A stretch of DNA of 64,000 nucleotides from an uncultured Candidatus Saccharibacteria bacterium (GCA_964444955.1 CAYUJB010000001.1:1816-65815); one strand, 5' to 3'; positions 54,159 through 64,000 are shown, counted from the first letter of the stretch. Translations and numbers: made by a program. Notes: generated from the letters alone by a model not told the origin.

Positions 54159-55733
54159 TTAGAGTGATGGTTCCCGCGCAGGTGTTCTGGACTTGGGGGT
54201 TACCCAGAAACCCATATATCTTCCAAGCATCAGCCGCGTCTGCGCATCCAGCGCAGGAATAGACCCGAAAAGAATGAAGTTGATGGGAAAGAGGAGCCAC
54301 TGAAGCACCATCCACACAAAGCGAAAACGACCGAAATTGGGTGGGCGTGGTGGTAGCATTACCAACGAGATTGCCGCAGATGAGATGAGCCCGACCATCG
54401 CCAAGAGCATGATGGTTTTGGTGATGTGAGGAAGATTATAGGAAAGAACATTCGCGCCGAAATGACCTGTGCCGATGGTCACGGGTAGCCATCCCAACAA
54501 GAAGATGATCAGAGCGTTGGTGGCACTGGAGTGTGTTTTTTCCATCATGTTGAACGCGTGGTGAAGTTTTGTGCGCCACGGGATGCGTGCATTGCGAATG
54601 AAGCCAAACAAGAAGTAGGGGTTATTTTCCACACCATAGTGCCAGCGGCGGATTTGTTTGTATTGATTCACCAGCGTCCCCCAGAAGGTGGGTGCGACGT
54701 TAGCGTCCATGTAGACGGGATAGTGCAGCGGTACCGTGCGCCAATCGCCATCGTAGCGGAGGAGGCACTTCCAGAAGATTTGCGAGTCTTCAGACACCAC
54801 ATTGACCTGCCAGAAGTCGACATCGACGAGGGCGGTGAGGCTGATGGATTGGCTCGAAAAAGTCACCAGCTGCTCAGGGCGTGCTTGCTGGATCATTTGC
54901 CAGAAGGTTGTGGAAAATGCGAACACGCGAGCAAACGCGGGAGCGTGCCAGATATTGTTACTGAAAATAGGAATGGGCTGATAGGAAGACCGGAGTGGGT
55001 GCTCTGCCGTGAGGTAGTGCCAGGTGAGGCAGGCAAAGAAATCATGGGGCGCGACGGTGTCGACATCGAAGACAGACACGATTACTCGTTCGTGCGGGAT
55101 GCCCAGGGCATTGATTTCGGCGAGCGCTTGTCGTCCCGCCCAGGATTCGTTGGATCCCTTACCGCGGAGCTCGCCTGCGATAGTATCGGGGTGTTCGGAA
55201 ATAATGAGGCGCAGAAATGCCTGTCCGAATTCTTCTTTGATGCGCATGGCGATGGCGCGCGCCGATTCCCCTACCCGACCCTCAATGGCGAGAACGACAA
55301 TCATCTTCTCGCGAGGCCAGGTAGTTTTCATGAGTCCCTCAAAACTCTCGCGCACGACTTCGTACGGCTCGGTTGCCATAGGGAGAATTACCAAGTGGCG
55401 GATATCATTGTGAGTGGTGCCGGGGAGTTTGGGAGATACGGGGCGCTCGGTCTCGAGGCGCTTCATCCAATCGATACGTTGCTGCGCGCGCATCGCACGA
55501 TAGGTGTGACTCATGTGCACCGACAAGAATATGGTCTTAATCAACCAGTAGATATCGAAGCCGATAATAAAAATGGACGCGGCTACGGGCAGCCAGTAGG
55601 CAGATGCGACCACTGCTAACAACGTCCCCCACGTAAAAAGCCCTGGCTGGAGCTCCAGGAGGCGGTAGAGGCGTCGATCACGGGGGTCTGCAATCTCAGA
55701 TGCTCGTCCGTACGAGAGGTATGGGTGCGGCAT
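54159..55733 (-). CDS. membrane-bound family-2 glycosyltransferase, processive type (cellulose/chitin-synthase-like)
   Basis: N-terminal TM pair, a GT-A domain with D, DxD and QIRRWHYGV (QxxRW) motifs, and C-terminal TM helices. Confidence 0.65.
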   Translation of the reverse strand: MPHPYLSYGRASEIADPRDRRLYRLLELQPGLFTWGTLLAVVASAYWLPVAASIFIIGFDIYWLIKTIFLSVHMSHTYRAMRAQQRIDWMKRLETERPVSPKLPGTTHNDIRHLVILPMATEPYEVVRESFEGLMKTTWPREKMIVVLAIEGRVGESARAIAMRIKEEFGQAFLRLIISEHPDTIAGELRGKGSNESWAGRQALAEINALGIPHERVIVSVFDVDTVAPHDFFACLTWHYLTAEHPLRSSYQPIPIFSNNIWHAPAFARVFAFSTTFWQMIQQARPEQLVTFSSQSISLTALVDVDFWQVNVVSEDSQIFWKCLLRYDGDWRTVPLHYPVYMDANVAPTFWGTLVNQYKQIRRWHYGVENNPYFLFGFIRNARIPWRTKLHHAFNMMEKTHSSATNALIIFLLGWLPVTIGTGHFGANVLSYNLPHITKTIMLLAMVGLISSAAISLVMLPPRPPNFGRFRFVWMVLQWLLFPINFILFGSIPALDAQTRLMLGRYMGFWVTPKSRTPAREPSL

Positions 55734-55783
55734 ACGAAGTACTTAGAATACCACAAAAAACGCTACTTGCAAAGATGCGCTGC

Positions 55784-56707
55784 CTAGAGCGCGAGCACCA
55801 CCGCGAAGAGCCCGTCGGTCATATCCATGCGCCCGTCTTTCGCTCCCCTATCCAATAAGGAGAGTGCAATGTGTGCGCGGCTGAGACGCTGAGCATCTGC
55901 GGTGCGAGCTCCGGCGAGCGTTTTGGAAATCACAAAAGGATGCAGTCCCGTGGCCTTGGCAATGCTCGCTGATGGCTGCTGGCGAGACGTGAGATCTTTG
56001 ACCATGAGGAGATTGCGCATTCCTGCAGCGAGCGAGCCCAAGAGCATCTGCTCGGGACTCCCCTCCTGGAGCTTGCGCCAGAGTGCAGCGATGACGGCGC
56101 GCTTGTCATAGGATGCGACGGCATTGGAAAGCTCCCACTCATCACGCTCGATGCGTGGTGGGGTGAGTGTGTGGATCATCGCTGCGGTGATTTGTGTGCT
56201 GCGCGCATATGCAATCAACTTGTCGAGTTCATTGGTGAGTGCGTGTGCATCTCCACCGACTCGTTGTGCAAGAAGCTTGGCAACATCGGGTGCGATTGTG
56301 CCGCTTTGCCCCGCACAGTATGACTGTATCCATGCCACCAGCTCGGCACCTGCTCGTGGTGTGGGCTCCGTGGTGGTGACTGCCTGTTTTTCGAGTCGCG
56401 TGAGTGCTTTTTTGTCGTAGCCTTTCTGCGCAGTATCTTGGATTGCGATGAGTACGATGTCGGCGATCTGATCGATGGCAAACTCATCGAGTACTTCGCC
56501 CATGGATTCATAAGCAGCGTTGGAGGCAACAATAATGCGGGTATCGCCAAAAAACGATGGATACTTCAGGTGGCGTCGAAGATCGTCGGCGGCCGTTTCA
56601 TCGTTGCAGTCGACGCGGATGACTTCAGACCCTGGGTAGCCCGCGATCAAATTCGCAGTTGCCTCGCGGAGTCTATAGGAGTCGTTGCCGTAGATAAGGT
56701 GGAGCAT
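55784..56707 (-). CDS. holA: DNA polymerase III delta subunit
   Basis: Start set to ATG 56707 (MLHLIYGNDSYRLREATANL...). The N-terminal pattern and a length of about 307 aa match HolA. Moderate confidence. Confidence 0.55.
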   Translation of the reverse strand: MLHLIYGNDSYRLREATANLIAGYPGSEVIRVDCNDETAADDLRRHLKYPSFFGDTRIIVASNAAYESMGEVLDEFAIDQIADIVLIAIQDTAQKGYDKKALTRLEKQAVTTTEPTPRAGAELVAWIQSYCAGQSGTIAPDVAKLLAQRVGGDAHALTNELDKLIAYARSTQITAAMIHTLTPPRIERDEWELSNAVASYDKRAVIAALWRKLQEGSPEQMLLGSLAAGMRNLLMVKDLTSRQQPSASIAKATGLHPFVISKTLAGARTADAQRLSRAHIALSLLDRGAKDGRMDMTDGLFAVVLAL

Positions 56708-56711
56708 ACGA

Positions 56712-57725
56712 TCATGGCGTTGGAAGCGGGGCGTCGATGAGTACCCAGATGGTGCCTGGCTCAAGCGCTATGGCCGTTCCTTTGCTATCAGTGAAAGTGA
56801 GCGTATCAGTTGCCTGCGCTTTCTTCCAGAGTGCACTGATACGCTGGCCACCTTGCCAGATGGTCGCTACCCCGGTGCCGAGCGTTCGCACATGGATGTA
56901 CTGATCGTGCAAGAATGTGGCCTCGGTCTGCATGATAATGACCACAGAGGCGCGCACCTGCGTGTTGGTGCTTTTGTCGTACTCGGGTGTGCCGCCGCGT
57001 GAGCGCAGGTAGGTATTGGTTGCGCCGTCATAGGTGAACTGTGCCGCCATCCCCTGCGGCCAGGCGACACCCGCACTGGTGGCGAGCGATCCCAGATTAC
57101 GCCCGGGCTTGGTGGCTTGGTGAGGATAGAATGCAAGGCTTGTGGTCGCGCGGTAGCCGAGCTCATCGATGCGCTTGGTGAGGAGCGAGCTCGAGGTAAA
57201 ACCGTTGTGTGGCTTCGGCGTACCTACCCTGCGAAAGAATGTGCTCCCTTCATATTTGAGCGCATCGATATTGTCGATGACGCCCCCATTGAGCGCGTCG
57301 AGCGCATCTTTTTCTCCTCCCCAGTGCACGAGAATCGCATCAAGTCCTTGCGCGAGCGCAATAAAATCCCCTCGAGCAGAGCGAATGGAGCCAAGCTCTT
57401 TCGGTTGATTGCACTGAAAGACAGCCATCATGCGGGTAATCCCATTAGGAGTAACGGGCATTTCAAATACCATATCAGCTTGGCCGATTGATGAGAGTGG
57501 TCGCGCTTCCGCATCAGAAGAGAGCATCACTGCCAGGGGGCGTCGCTGAGCGCCGTCGCAGATCTGGCCGCTGAGGCCACTGGTTTTTTGCGCGGCGAGC
57601 TTCTCGTTGTTGATGACAATCTCTTGGCCGTGAAATACCCAGTAGATGAGGGCGATGCCAACGAGTGCGGCGCAGATGAGTGCTGCCCCGACGACGCCAT
57701 TGAGTGATGGGATGCGTAATTTCAT
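56712..57725 (-). CDS. DUF3048 (YerB-like) secreted/lipoprotein family protein
   Basis: TM/signal (VVGAALICAALVGIALIYW) followed by a DUF3048-like core (RPLAVMLSSDAEARPLSSIGQADMVFEMPVTPNGITRMMAVF). Start chosen at MKLRIPSL (57725). Confidence 0.5.
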   Translation of the reverse strand: MKLRIPSLNGVVGAALICAALVGIALIYWVFHGQEIVINNEKLAAQKTSGLSGQICDGAQRRPLAVMLSSDAEARPLSSIGQADMVFEMPVTPNGITRMMAVFQCNQPKELGSIRSARGDFIALAQGLDAILVHWGGEKDALDALNGGVIDNIDALKYEGSTFFRRVGTPKPHNGFTSSSLLTKRIDELGYRATTSLAFYPHQATKPGRNLGSLATSAGVAWPQGMAAQFTYDGATNTYLRSRGGTPEYDKSTNTQVRASVVIIMQTEATFLHDQYIHVRTLGTGVATIWQGGQRISALWKKAQATDTLTFTDSKGTAIALEPGTIWVLIDAPLPTP

Positions 57726-60373
57726 ACCGTGGAAGTGTGTTCTATCGGTTTCAGATCCGTCCAATTGGGGCCAGCTTTTGCTTCAACTACCAGTGGCACA
57801 TCGAGGCTTACGACTTGCTCCATAGTGCGTGCAATATCGTGGGCAAGTGCAGGTAAGCTTCCCTCGGGCACCTCAAGGACAAGTTCATCGTGCACTTGCA
57901 GGAGTAGGCGCACACCACTCGTGGATCCGAGCTGCTGTATCTGTGCGTCAACCGCCACCATCGCCAATTTCACAATGTCGGCCCCGGCACCCTGGAGCGG
58001 GTGGTTGATGGCCATGCGTTCGGATTGTGCCTGCAGCTGCGGCATGGTGCTGCGAATATCGGGAAGCGGACGGCGGCGCCCCATGAGTGTGGTCACATAA
58101 CCCTTCTCGAATGCGGATTGCTTGGTTTCCTCCATGTAGCGTGCCACGCCCGGGAATCGTGCGAAGTATTCTTCGATGAATTTTTTGGCCACATCGCGAG
58201 AGACGCCAGCGGCGCGGGCGAACCCGAGCGTGCCCATACCGTAGATGATGCCGAAGTTGAGCACCTTTGCTTGGCGGCGCATATCTTTGGTGACCGCAAT
58301 GGGAGCAACACCGAAAATCTCTGATGCGGTGCGGGTATGAATATCTTCGCCATTACGAAATGCTTCTAGCATGGTCTCGTCGTGTGCGACGTGCGCTACC
58401 AGGCGAAGCTCGAGCTGGGAGTAATCGAGCGACAGAAGTTGGAACCCCGGTGGCGCAATAAAGGTAGCGCGAAAACGCTGCCCCAGCTCGGTGCGGGTAG
58501 GAATATTTTGGAGGTTGGGGTTGGATGACGAGAGTCGCCCCGTGGCCGCACCGGCTTGATTGTAGGTGGTGTGAATGCGACCATCGGCACCCACCAGCGA
58601 CGGAAATGGCTCGATGTAGGTGGTCTTGAGCTTGTTGAGCTCGCGGTACTGTAAGATGAGCTCGATGATGGGGTGTTCGTCGCGCAGCTTCTCGAGCTCG
58701 GCAGCCGCCGTGGAAAGCGCTCCCCCACCCGTGCGACGCACCTTCCCGCGTAGTCCAAGGGTGGTAAACAACACATCGCTGAGTTGTGAGGGTGAATTGA
58801 TATTAAAGGTGACGCCCGCGCTCTTGTAGATTTGTTCTTCGAGTGATGAGACTTCTCGATTGGCCATCGTGAGAAGTCCATCTATTTGTTCTGTGTCGAC
58901 GAGGATACCGGCACGCTCCATGGCGGCCAAAATTGCCACGAGTGGCATTTCGAGTTTGGTGAACACGTCCATGACCTCCATAGCGCGCATGCGCTCAAGC
59001 ATCAGCGGGTGGAGCTTTCCGATGGCACGCACCATATCGGTGGGGTCATCGGAAATCGAGATACCCGCGATGTCGTAGGCGATGCGACCAAGTTCGTACT
59101 CGCGTTGCTCGGGATTAACCAGCCACGCCGCAATACGGGTATCAAAGAGAGTGTGCCCCACCACATCGGTGGGATTAGCGAGCGCCTTGAGAATCGGCTT
59201 GAGGTCGTGACCAATGATGGTGGTGTAGCGAGTGAAAACGGCCAGCAGCTGCCCCGGCGTTGGTTTGCCCATGCGTGCCACAGCCTGCCCATCGGTGCTC
59301 AGGTAGAGCGCTTCGACGATGTCGCCACTCAGCTGCCCCCACACCACCATTTGGGATGCGTCGGGTAGCTCAGTTGCGCTTTTGATCTCTTGCACAGGTG
59401 ATGCGGAACGTGCAGGCGCAGCATCGAAATCGAGCGTCTGTACCGCGGCGGCTTTGATGGCAGGGTTGAGTGTTGTGGCAATGCGTTTGACGAGCGAGTA
59501 AAATCCCAATTCTTTGCACAATTCTTCGAGCGCCACCATATCCACGTGCGATCGCCAGTCGGCCGCTTCGATATCAAATGTCACGGGTACATCGCGGATA
59601 ATGGTCGACAATTTCTTACTAAAAAACGCCATGTCCTTTTGGTCCAGGAGCTTTGCCTTGAGTTTTTCGGAGATGCCCGTTGGCTTGCCCACGACGAATT
59701 CCGGCTTTTCCAGCTCTTCATAGAGGTGCTCGAGGGTTTCGTAGTTTTGGATGAGCATTGCGGCTGTTTTCTCACCAATACCACTCACGCCGGGAATGTT
59801 ATCGCTCTGGTCTCCCTTGAGTCCCTTGAGGTCGGCGACTTGCTCGGGTGCGATGCCGTAGCGTTCGTGTACGCCATCTTCGTCGTAGGTGACGGTATCG
59901 GTCATCCCCTTGCGTAGGGTGAACACCACAACTTTCTTGCCGTGCACGAGTTGGAGTGTATCGAGGTCGCCGGTGACGATGATGGTCTGGATATCGGGAA
60001 GTTTTTGCGTCTGCGCGCTGATGGTGCCAATGACATCATCAGCTTCGAAGCCCGCGTGTTCGAGAATGGGCACGCCTAACACGCCCAGCATGCGTTTCAC
60101 ATCCGGGATCTGCTCGTAGAGTTCATCGGGCGCTTTGACCCGGTGCGCTTTATATTGATCGTATTCGTCGTGGCGGAAGGTGGGACCTTCCAAATCAAAT
60201 GTCGCCACCATGTAGTCGGGCTTGAGATCACTGATCATTTTCAGGAGCACCGAGGTGAACCCGTAGACCGCATTGGTTTGTTTGCCCGTGGGTGACGAGA
60301 GTGGTGGGAGCGCGTGAAAAGCGCGGTGGACGAGCGCGTTGGAATCAATGAGGACGAACTTTTTCTGGGTCAT
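57722..60373 (-). CDS. polA: DNA polymerase I (5'-3' exonuclease, 3'-5' exonuclease-like and polymerase domains)
   Basis: 883 aa. Polymerase motif A DYSQLELRLVAH, motif B RRQAKVLNFGIIYG, motif C VHDELVLE, and an N-terminal FEN-like domain. Confidence 0.9.
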   Translation of the reverse strand: MTQKKFVLIDSNALVHRAFHALPPLSSPTGKQTNAVYGFTSVLLKMISDLKPDYMVATFDLEGPTFRHDEYDQYKAHRVKAPDELYEQIPDVKRMLGVLGVPILEHAGFEADDVIGTISAQTQKLPDIQTIIVTGDLDTLQLVHGKKVVVFTLRKGMTDTVTYDEDGVHERYGIAPEQVADLKGLKGDQSDNIPGVSGIGEKTAAMLIQNYETLEHLYEELEKPEFVVGKPTGISEKLKAKLLDQKDMAFFSKKLSTIIRDVPVTFDIEAADWRSHVDMVALEELCKELGFYSLVKRIATTLNPAIKAAAVQTLDFDAAPARSASPVQEIKSATELPDASQMVVWGQLSGDIVEALYLSTDGQAVARMGKPTPGQLLAVFTRYTTIIGHDLKPILKALANPTDVVGHTLFDTRIAAWLVNPEQREYELGRIAYDIAGISISDDPTDMVRAIGKLHPLMLERMRAMEVMDVFTKLEMPLVAILAAMERAGILVDTEQIDGLLTMANREVSSLEEQIYKSAGVTFNINSPSQLSDVLFTTLGLRGKVRRTGGGALSTAAAELEKLRDEHPIIELILQYRELNKLKTTYIEPFPSLVGADGRIHTTYNQAGAATGRLSSSNPNLQNIPTRTELGQRFRATFIAPPGFQLLSLDYSQLELRLVAHVAHDETMLEAFRNGEDIHTRTASEIFGVAPIAVTKDMRRQAKVLNFGIIYGMGTLGFARAAGVSRDVAKKFIEEYFARFPGVARYMEETKQSAFEKGYVTTLMGRRRPLPDIRSTMPQLQAQSERMAINHPLQGAGADIVKLAMVAVDAQIQQLGSTSGVRLLLQVHDELVLEVPEGSLPALAHDIARTMEQVVSLDVPLVVEAKAGPNWTDLKPIEHTSTV

Positions 60374-60831
60374 ACGCCGGAAATAATAATAGAGCGCTTG
60401 TCGCCGCCGGAATGTTCAAAATGAATCTCTATGTGGTCGCGTGGCACTCCCTCCCCTATTTTCTCTGGCCACTCGATGAGCACGATGTTGGTGGGAACCT
60501 CAAAGATGTGATGCAGGTCGAGGGTGACAAGATCTTGGTGGCCAGTGAGGCGGTAGCAGTCCAGGTGCCACAGAGCGTAGGAAGTGGTAGGTATGGAGTA
60601 TTCTTTGGCGAGTAAAAAGGTAGGACTCTTAGGCATTTGCGTGATGCCAAGTGCATGGGAGAGCCCTTGGGTAAAGGTGGTCTTACCCGCGCCCAGATCG
60701 CCTCGTAGGGCGATGACGAGTGCTGAAGTACGCCCGGGCATTTGGGCGCGAATGGTATCGGCGAATTTGGTAGCAATCGCGCGCGTATCGTCGGCGCTCT
60801 GGGAGATCAAGTGCATCCCTTTAGAAATCAT
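60370..60831 (-). CDS. tsaE: tRNA threonylcarbamoyladenosine biosynthesis protein TsaE
   Basis: 153 aa. P-loop LRGDLGAGKTTFTQGL, YjeE family. Coding region overlaps polA by 4 nt. Confidence 0.8.
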   Translation of the reverse strand: MISKGMHLISQSADDTRAIATKFADTIRAQMPGRTSALVIALRGDLGAGKTTFTQGLSHALGITQMPKSPTFLLAKEYSIPTTSYALWHLDCYRLTGHQDLVTLDLHHIFEVPTNIVLIEWPEKIGEGVPRDHIEIHFEHSGGDKRSIIISGV

Positions 60832-61082
60832 CGAGCAATACGTTTTCTCTCAACGTGAGAATGGACGCATGTTCGCCAATTAAATTACAACTTATTTTCG
60901 TTTGATTTCTAACGGGATGCATACACTCATGGTAGCTGGATATCGCGACAATTTCAATGAAACTCAGAATTGCTTAAGTCGCTGCGCGACTGCAATTCTG
61001 CCTATTTTGCTTTTGTTCGTACAAAAGCAAAATAAAAGCCCCGTAGCCCGACTCCTTGAGGGAGACGAACTACGGGGTTGCC

Positions 61083-61574
61083 CTACTGCCTGCCGCAGCA
61101 GGGCCCGGTGCCGATGTCGCGGGCGATCGGCGGGGTCGGAATGTTCACGGGCGCCGGCGTTGGCGGCAGGACACGCACGATGGGCGTTGGGCAGTAGAGC
61201 TTCGGATTGGCGACAATGCGCTCCACCTGCTTCCTGGTAATCGGCTGCAGCTCCACTCCGAGAGCGGGATGAAAGCCCTTACCATTGAAGCACTCCAGGT
61301 ACAGATTGGGGTATTCGTAGGTGTAGTACCTGGCCTCCTGCGTGACCCGATCGAACGCCTCCTGATAGATGTCGCCGCACTCGACGCGCTGGGCGGCGAC
61401 AGCGTTGACGATGTCGGCCGCCTTGCGCTGTTCGACGATTGCCGCTGCCTTCATCTTTGCGACTTCGACGGCGGTAGCGATGTGCGGCGCCGGCGGCGGC
61501 GCCTCCGGACCACCGCAGCCGATGGTGCTGACGACCGCGAGTGCGGCGACGAGAACGACGATACTCTGCTTCAT
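61083..61574 (-). CDS. putative lipoprotein (hypothetical)
   Basis: Signal peptide with lipobox VSTIGC. Pro-rich C-terminus. Strong Shine-Dalgarno sequence (AGGAGAAG) upstream. Terminator hairpin CCCCGTAG...CTACGGGG plus a U-run downstream. Confidence 0.45.
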   Translation of the reverse strand: MKQSIVVLVAALAVVSTIGCGGPEAPPPAPHIATAVEVAKMKAAAIVEQRKAADIVNAVAAQRVECGDIYQEAFDRVTQEARYYTYEYPNLYLECFNGKGFHPALGVELQPITRKQVERIVANPKLYCPTPIVRVLPPTPAPVNIPTPPIARDIGTGPCCGRQ

Positions 61575-61589
61575 AATGACTTCTCCTAA

Positions 61590-62228
61590 TTACTGGTTGA
61601 GGGGTTTAGTGGTGATCTCGTCAGGTGTTGCTCTGAGACTCGCGAGCGTGACCTGCCTGTGGGCGCCGAGGTAACTCCCCGGCGGTCCGATTTCCACGCC
61701 TCTAACGAAGACGCGGACCGGATAGTCGGTGTTGTTGCATAGTACCGATCCGTCCTTAATGAAGACTTCCTTTGGCCACGATACTTCGGGCGTCATGGCT
61801 TGAGGCGACGGCGGAACCGGGGTGTACGACAACTCTCGTTGAACTTGAGTCGCCACGGGCGTATTACCCGTGCAATAGGCCAGAATCGCTTGCTGGTCAA
61901 TCGCAGTGCCTTTTGGCGACGCGTCCTTGAGGGCCTTGGCGGCCTTCTTGACGCAATCGCCGGGCTTTTCGCGATTGTCCCGGTGAATAACGATTCCGCC
62001 GCCGAATCCGAATCGGCGAGCGAGCCCTGCCCTGTACTGGTCGGGGAACGTGTCGTAGCTGCCGTACCGACCCCGCGTCGCCAGGTCATACGCTTCCAGC
62101 AGCGGATCCGTTGCGGTGCGCAACAGATTCCTTCGAGCTCGCTGGAAGTCATCCTGCGCGCTGGCCGGAATGGCCAGAACGAACGAGACGACGATGGCCA
62201 CGAGGGCCAAAGAAATTGCCTTTTTCAT
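61590..62228 (-). CDS. secreted hypothetical protein
   Basis: Signal peptide MKKAISLALVAIVVSFVLAIPASA. 212 aa. Strong Shine-Dalgarno sequence (AAGGAGAA). Confidence 0.45.
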   Translation of the reverse strand: MKKAISLALVAIVVSFVLAIPASAQDDFQRARRNLLRTATDPLLEAYDLATRGRYGSYDTFPDQYRAGLARRFGFGGGIVIHRDNREKPGDCVKKAAKALKDASPKGTAIDQQAILAYCTGNTPVATQVQRELSYTPVPPSPQAMTPEVSWPKEVFIKDGSVLCNNTDYPVRVFVRGVEIGPPGSYLGAHRQVTLASLRATPDEITTKPLNQ

Positions 62229-62367
62229 TGGTATTCTCCTTGAATTGTGAAGGGGCTACTCACCTCCACTTGACCCTATAAGTATAGCATATCCATAAGA
62301 AAAAGTCAAGCGTCGCAGAAGCGCGAAAAATGGCGTAATATATGTGTTTATTGCGTGTTGGCGTCGA

Positions 62368-63216
62368 TTACCCTCGGATTTCCTTAAGTTTCGCTACGTC
62401 GTCTGCTCTGCCTTCTGGCTCGGTTTCAAGTATCCAGCTGATGCCGCGAAATGCCGGAGTGTCCAGGAGTGCCGCAAGACCGGCCTGGCCGACGTGCCCA
62501 GCGCCGATGTGTTCATGGCGGTCTTTGTTGCCACCCAGTGGCGTTTTGCTGTCGTTGACGTGGGAGAGCTTCAGCCAGGAAAGCCCGATAGTGGCATCGA
62601 AGGCATCGAGCATTATTTGTGCCTTTGCGGCATCAGTGTAGTCGTAGCCGGAGGCAAAGGCGTGACAAGTATCAAAGCAGACACCGCCAAAGCCCGGCGC
62701 CCCTTTGGCATCGCGTATGATCTCGGCTACTTCTTCAAACGTGTCCCCTAGCACGTCGCCTGCTCCCGCAGAGATCTCCACCAGCATCTTGCAGGTGCCG
62801 GTGTATCCATCGAGGATGGCGGAGAGTGATGTGCGCGCGTCGGCAATCCCTTCCTCGCGGGTGCGGCCTTTATGCGAGCCGGGGTGGTACATGACGTATG
62901 CCGCTCCCAGCGTGCTGCCACGCTCCAGCTCTTCACGTAGGATGCGGATGCTGGACTTGAGGATGCGTGCTTCGGTCGAGGCGGTGTTGATGTAGTAGGG
63001 GGCGTGAATGACAAAGGTGTTGATGCCCGCGTCGCGCATCCCCTGCTTAAATGACGCCACCAGCTCGGGGGTCAGGGGTGCAGCGGGTCCGCCTTGGGGT
63101 GAACGGCTAAAACACTGGAAGGTTTCCAGGCCTTCGGCTGCTGCACGTGCGGGTGCTTTGTCGATGCCACCAGCGATGCTGACGTGGGCGCCGATACGGG
63201 TAGTGTGGTTGATCAT
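62368..63216 (-). CDS. nfo: deoxyribonuclease IV (endonuclease IV, AP endonuclease)
   Basis: TIM-barrel xylose-isomerase-like. CFDTCHAFASGYD matches the Nfo metal-binding motif CIDTCHAF. Confidence 0.85.
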   Translation of the reverse strand: MINHTTRIGAHVSIAGGIDKAPARAAAEGLETFQCFSRSPQGGPAAPLTPELVASFKQGMRDAGINTFVIHAPYYINTASTEARILKSSIRILREELERGSTLGAAYVMYHPGSHKGRTREEGIADARTSLSAILDGYTGTCKMLVEISAGAGDVLGDTFEEVAEIIRDAKGAPGFGGVCFDTCHAFASGYDYTDAAKAQIMLDAFDATIGLSWLKLSHVNDSKTPLGGNKDRHEHIGAGHVGQAGLAALLDTPAFRGISWILETEPEGRADDVAKLKEIRG

Positions 63217-63623
63217 GTGATGTGTTCGAAATGCTCAAACTGCAGCTCGCTTCCCTTCATGATAACGGAGATTACATCAATCTGCCATTCGGTGTCGGGG
63301 TCGTAGTGGTGGGCGGCAAGCCAGCTCCGGGCGGTACGCTCTACTTTGTGCATCTTCGTGGCTCCTGCGCGCAGGTAGGGCTCAAAGCCGTCGGTGCGCT
63401 TCTCGGACGCCTTCACTTCGATGACATGGATGACCCCGTCTTTGTCGGCGACGATGTCCAGCTCGCCCCAGGGGCGCCGCCAGTTGCGATCGAGGATGCG
63501 GTACCCCAAGGTTTCCAGCCAGTGGCAGGCATGGGACTCGGCTGTGGCACCGAATGTTGACCAGGAAGAAGGCATTGACCGTTGGGTATCAAAAATGGTA
63601 TCCTCACCCGGTGATTCTCGCAA
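63213..63623 (-). CDS. yraN: YraN-family (UPF0102) endonuclease
   Basis: 136 aa. WLETLGYRILDRNWRRPWGELDIVADKDGVIHVIEVK, a PD-(D/E)xK-type motif. Confidence 0.75.
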   Translation of the reverse strand: MRESPGEDTIFDTQRSMPSSWSTFGATAESHACHWLETLGYRILDRNWRRPWGELDIVADKDGVIHVIEVKASEKRTDGFEPYLRAGATKMHKVERTARSWLAAHHYDPDTEWQIDVISVIMKGSELQFEHFEHIT

Positions 63624-63760
63624 GAGAATTTTTGCTTTATAGAGCGGGAATGCAAGGAAACCAGTGTATCTAAGGGTTTTCGCTCTATCGGCCTATTCGT
63701 ATATTACCCTCGATAATCAGTCCTGAGATCCGCAGGCGCATCGCCAGCAGTCGGGTCGGG

Positions 63761-64000
63761 ATGATCATACAGGCAATAGTGGATAATCGCTCCCTAGAGC
63801 TCTACGGGGCTATTTTTGCCGCTCTCACCGTTTTAGTCTTCTATGGCTCCACCAGTGATGGGCAGGCATCATTTTTTGGCTCGTGGATGCAGGGGCGCAG
63901 CGAGGACAGGACGCTCGCTCCTGTCGTACGGCAGCAGCCCTCCTATGCGCAGATGGCCGACATCAATAGTATTTACGCGGGCAGCACGGGCATTGGTTCC
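63761..64000 (+). CDS. hypothetical membrane/secreted protein, 5' fragment (continues beyond the window)
   Basis: ATG at 63761. The frame is open to the window end: MIIQAIVDNRSLELYGAIFAALTVLVFYGS..., an N-terminal hydrophobic segment. Confidence 0.3.
   Translation, partial: MIIQAIVDNRSLELYGAIFAALTVLVFYGSTSDGQASFFGSWMQGRSEDRTLAPVVRQQPSYAQMADINSIYAGSTGIGS

Noticed and set aside
54531-55619. 362-aa plus-strand ORF
   Set aside because: Antisense to the GT2 glycosyltransferase, whose QxxRW and DxD motifs identify the true strand.

Overview
This 64 kb window looks like chromosomal DNA from a small-genome, monoderm-type bacterium. The gene content resembles Candidate Phyla Radiation (Patescibacteria): a short YidC, a short YebC, a DciA-like gene next to dnaN, many genes without a Shine-Dalgarno sequence, almost no metabolic genes, and a sortase with DUF11-like surface proteins. 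That lineage call is an inference from gene content, not from any search.

The window contains the replication-origin neighbourhood: dnaN, then an oriC with a DnaA-box cluster, then dnaA, with rpmH-rnpA-yidD-yidC-jag on the other side. Housekeeping genes fill much of the rest: iscS (5' part), a DoxX protein, tig, nusA, a PilB/GspE ATPase, ruvB, yebC, ruvC, tyrS, a class A PBP, ksgA, uvrD/pcrA, recG, holA, polA, tsaE, nfo and yraN.

The accessory content has four main parts:
- A roughly 10.5 kb minus-strand operon (16508-27060) encodes a type IV secretion-like apparatus: a VirB4-family ATPase, VirB3-like and VirB6-like membrane proteins, secreted proteins and a TolB-like beta-propeller. No relaxase or coupling protein is present.
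- A 1.85 kb stretch (30323-32170) has no ORFs but many hairpins, including a duplicated 54-nt structured element. It is a candidate large ncRNA or a decayed element.
- A tRNA island (33681-40248) holds seven tRNAs interleaved with the CCA-adding enzyme, a LOG-family protein, an ECF sigma factor module and a zinc-ribbon protein. Next to tRNA-Arg(GCG) are two direct repeats sharing its 3'-end sequence, which look like an integration scar.
- A sortase gene sits inside a tandem array of five paralogous surface proteins (42335-50807). They have Pro/Thr-rich linkers, repeated Cys-bracketed Ig-like domains and DUF11-like domains. Each carries a non-LPXTG C-terminal signal (x-V-x-T-G-P, then a TM helix, then Y-T-x-T-x-T-Y-R-R-x-E...D-F-R/N-S). 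Three of the four array members behind the sortase also share an N-terminal juxtamembrane motif, GF(T/S)(L/F)(D/E)VSRFFAA.

The sortase array is the best candidate for an undescribed system in this window.
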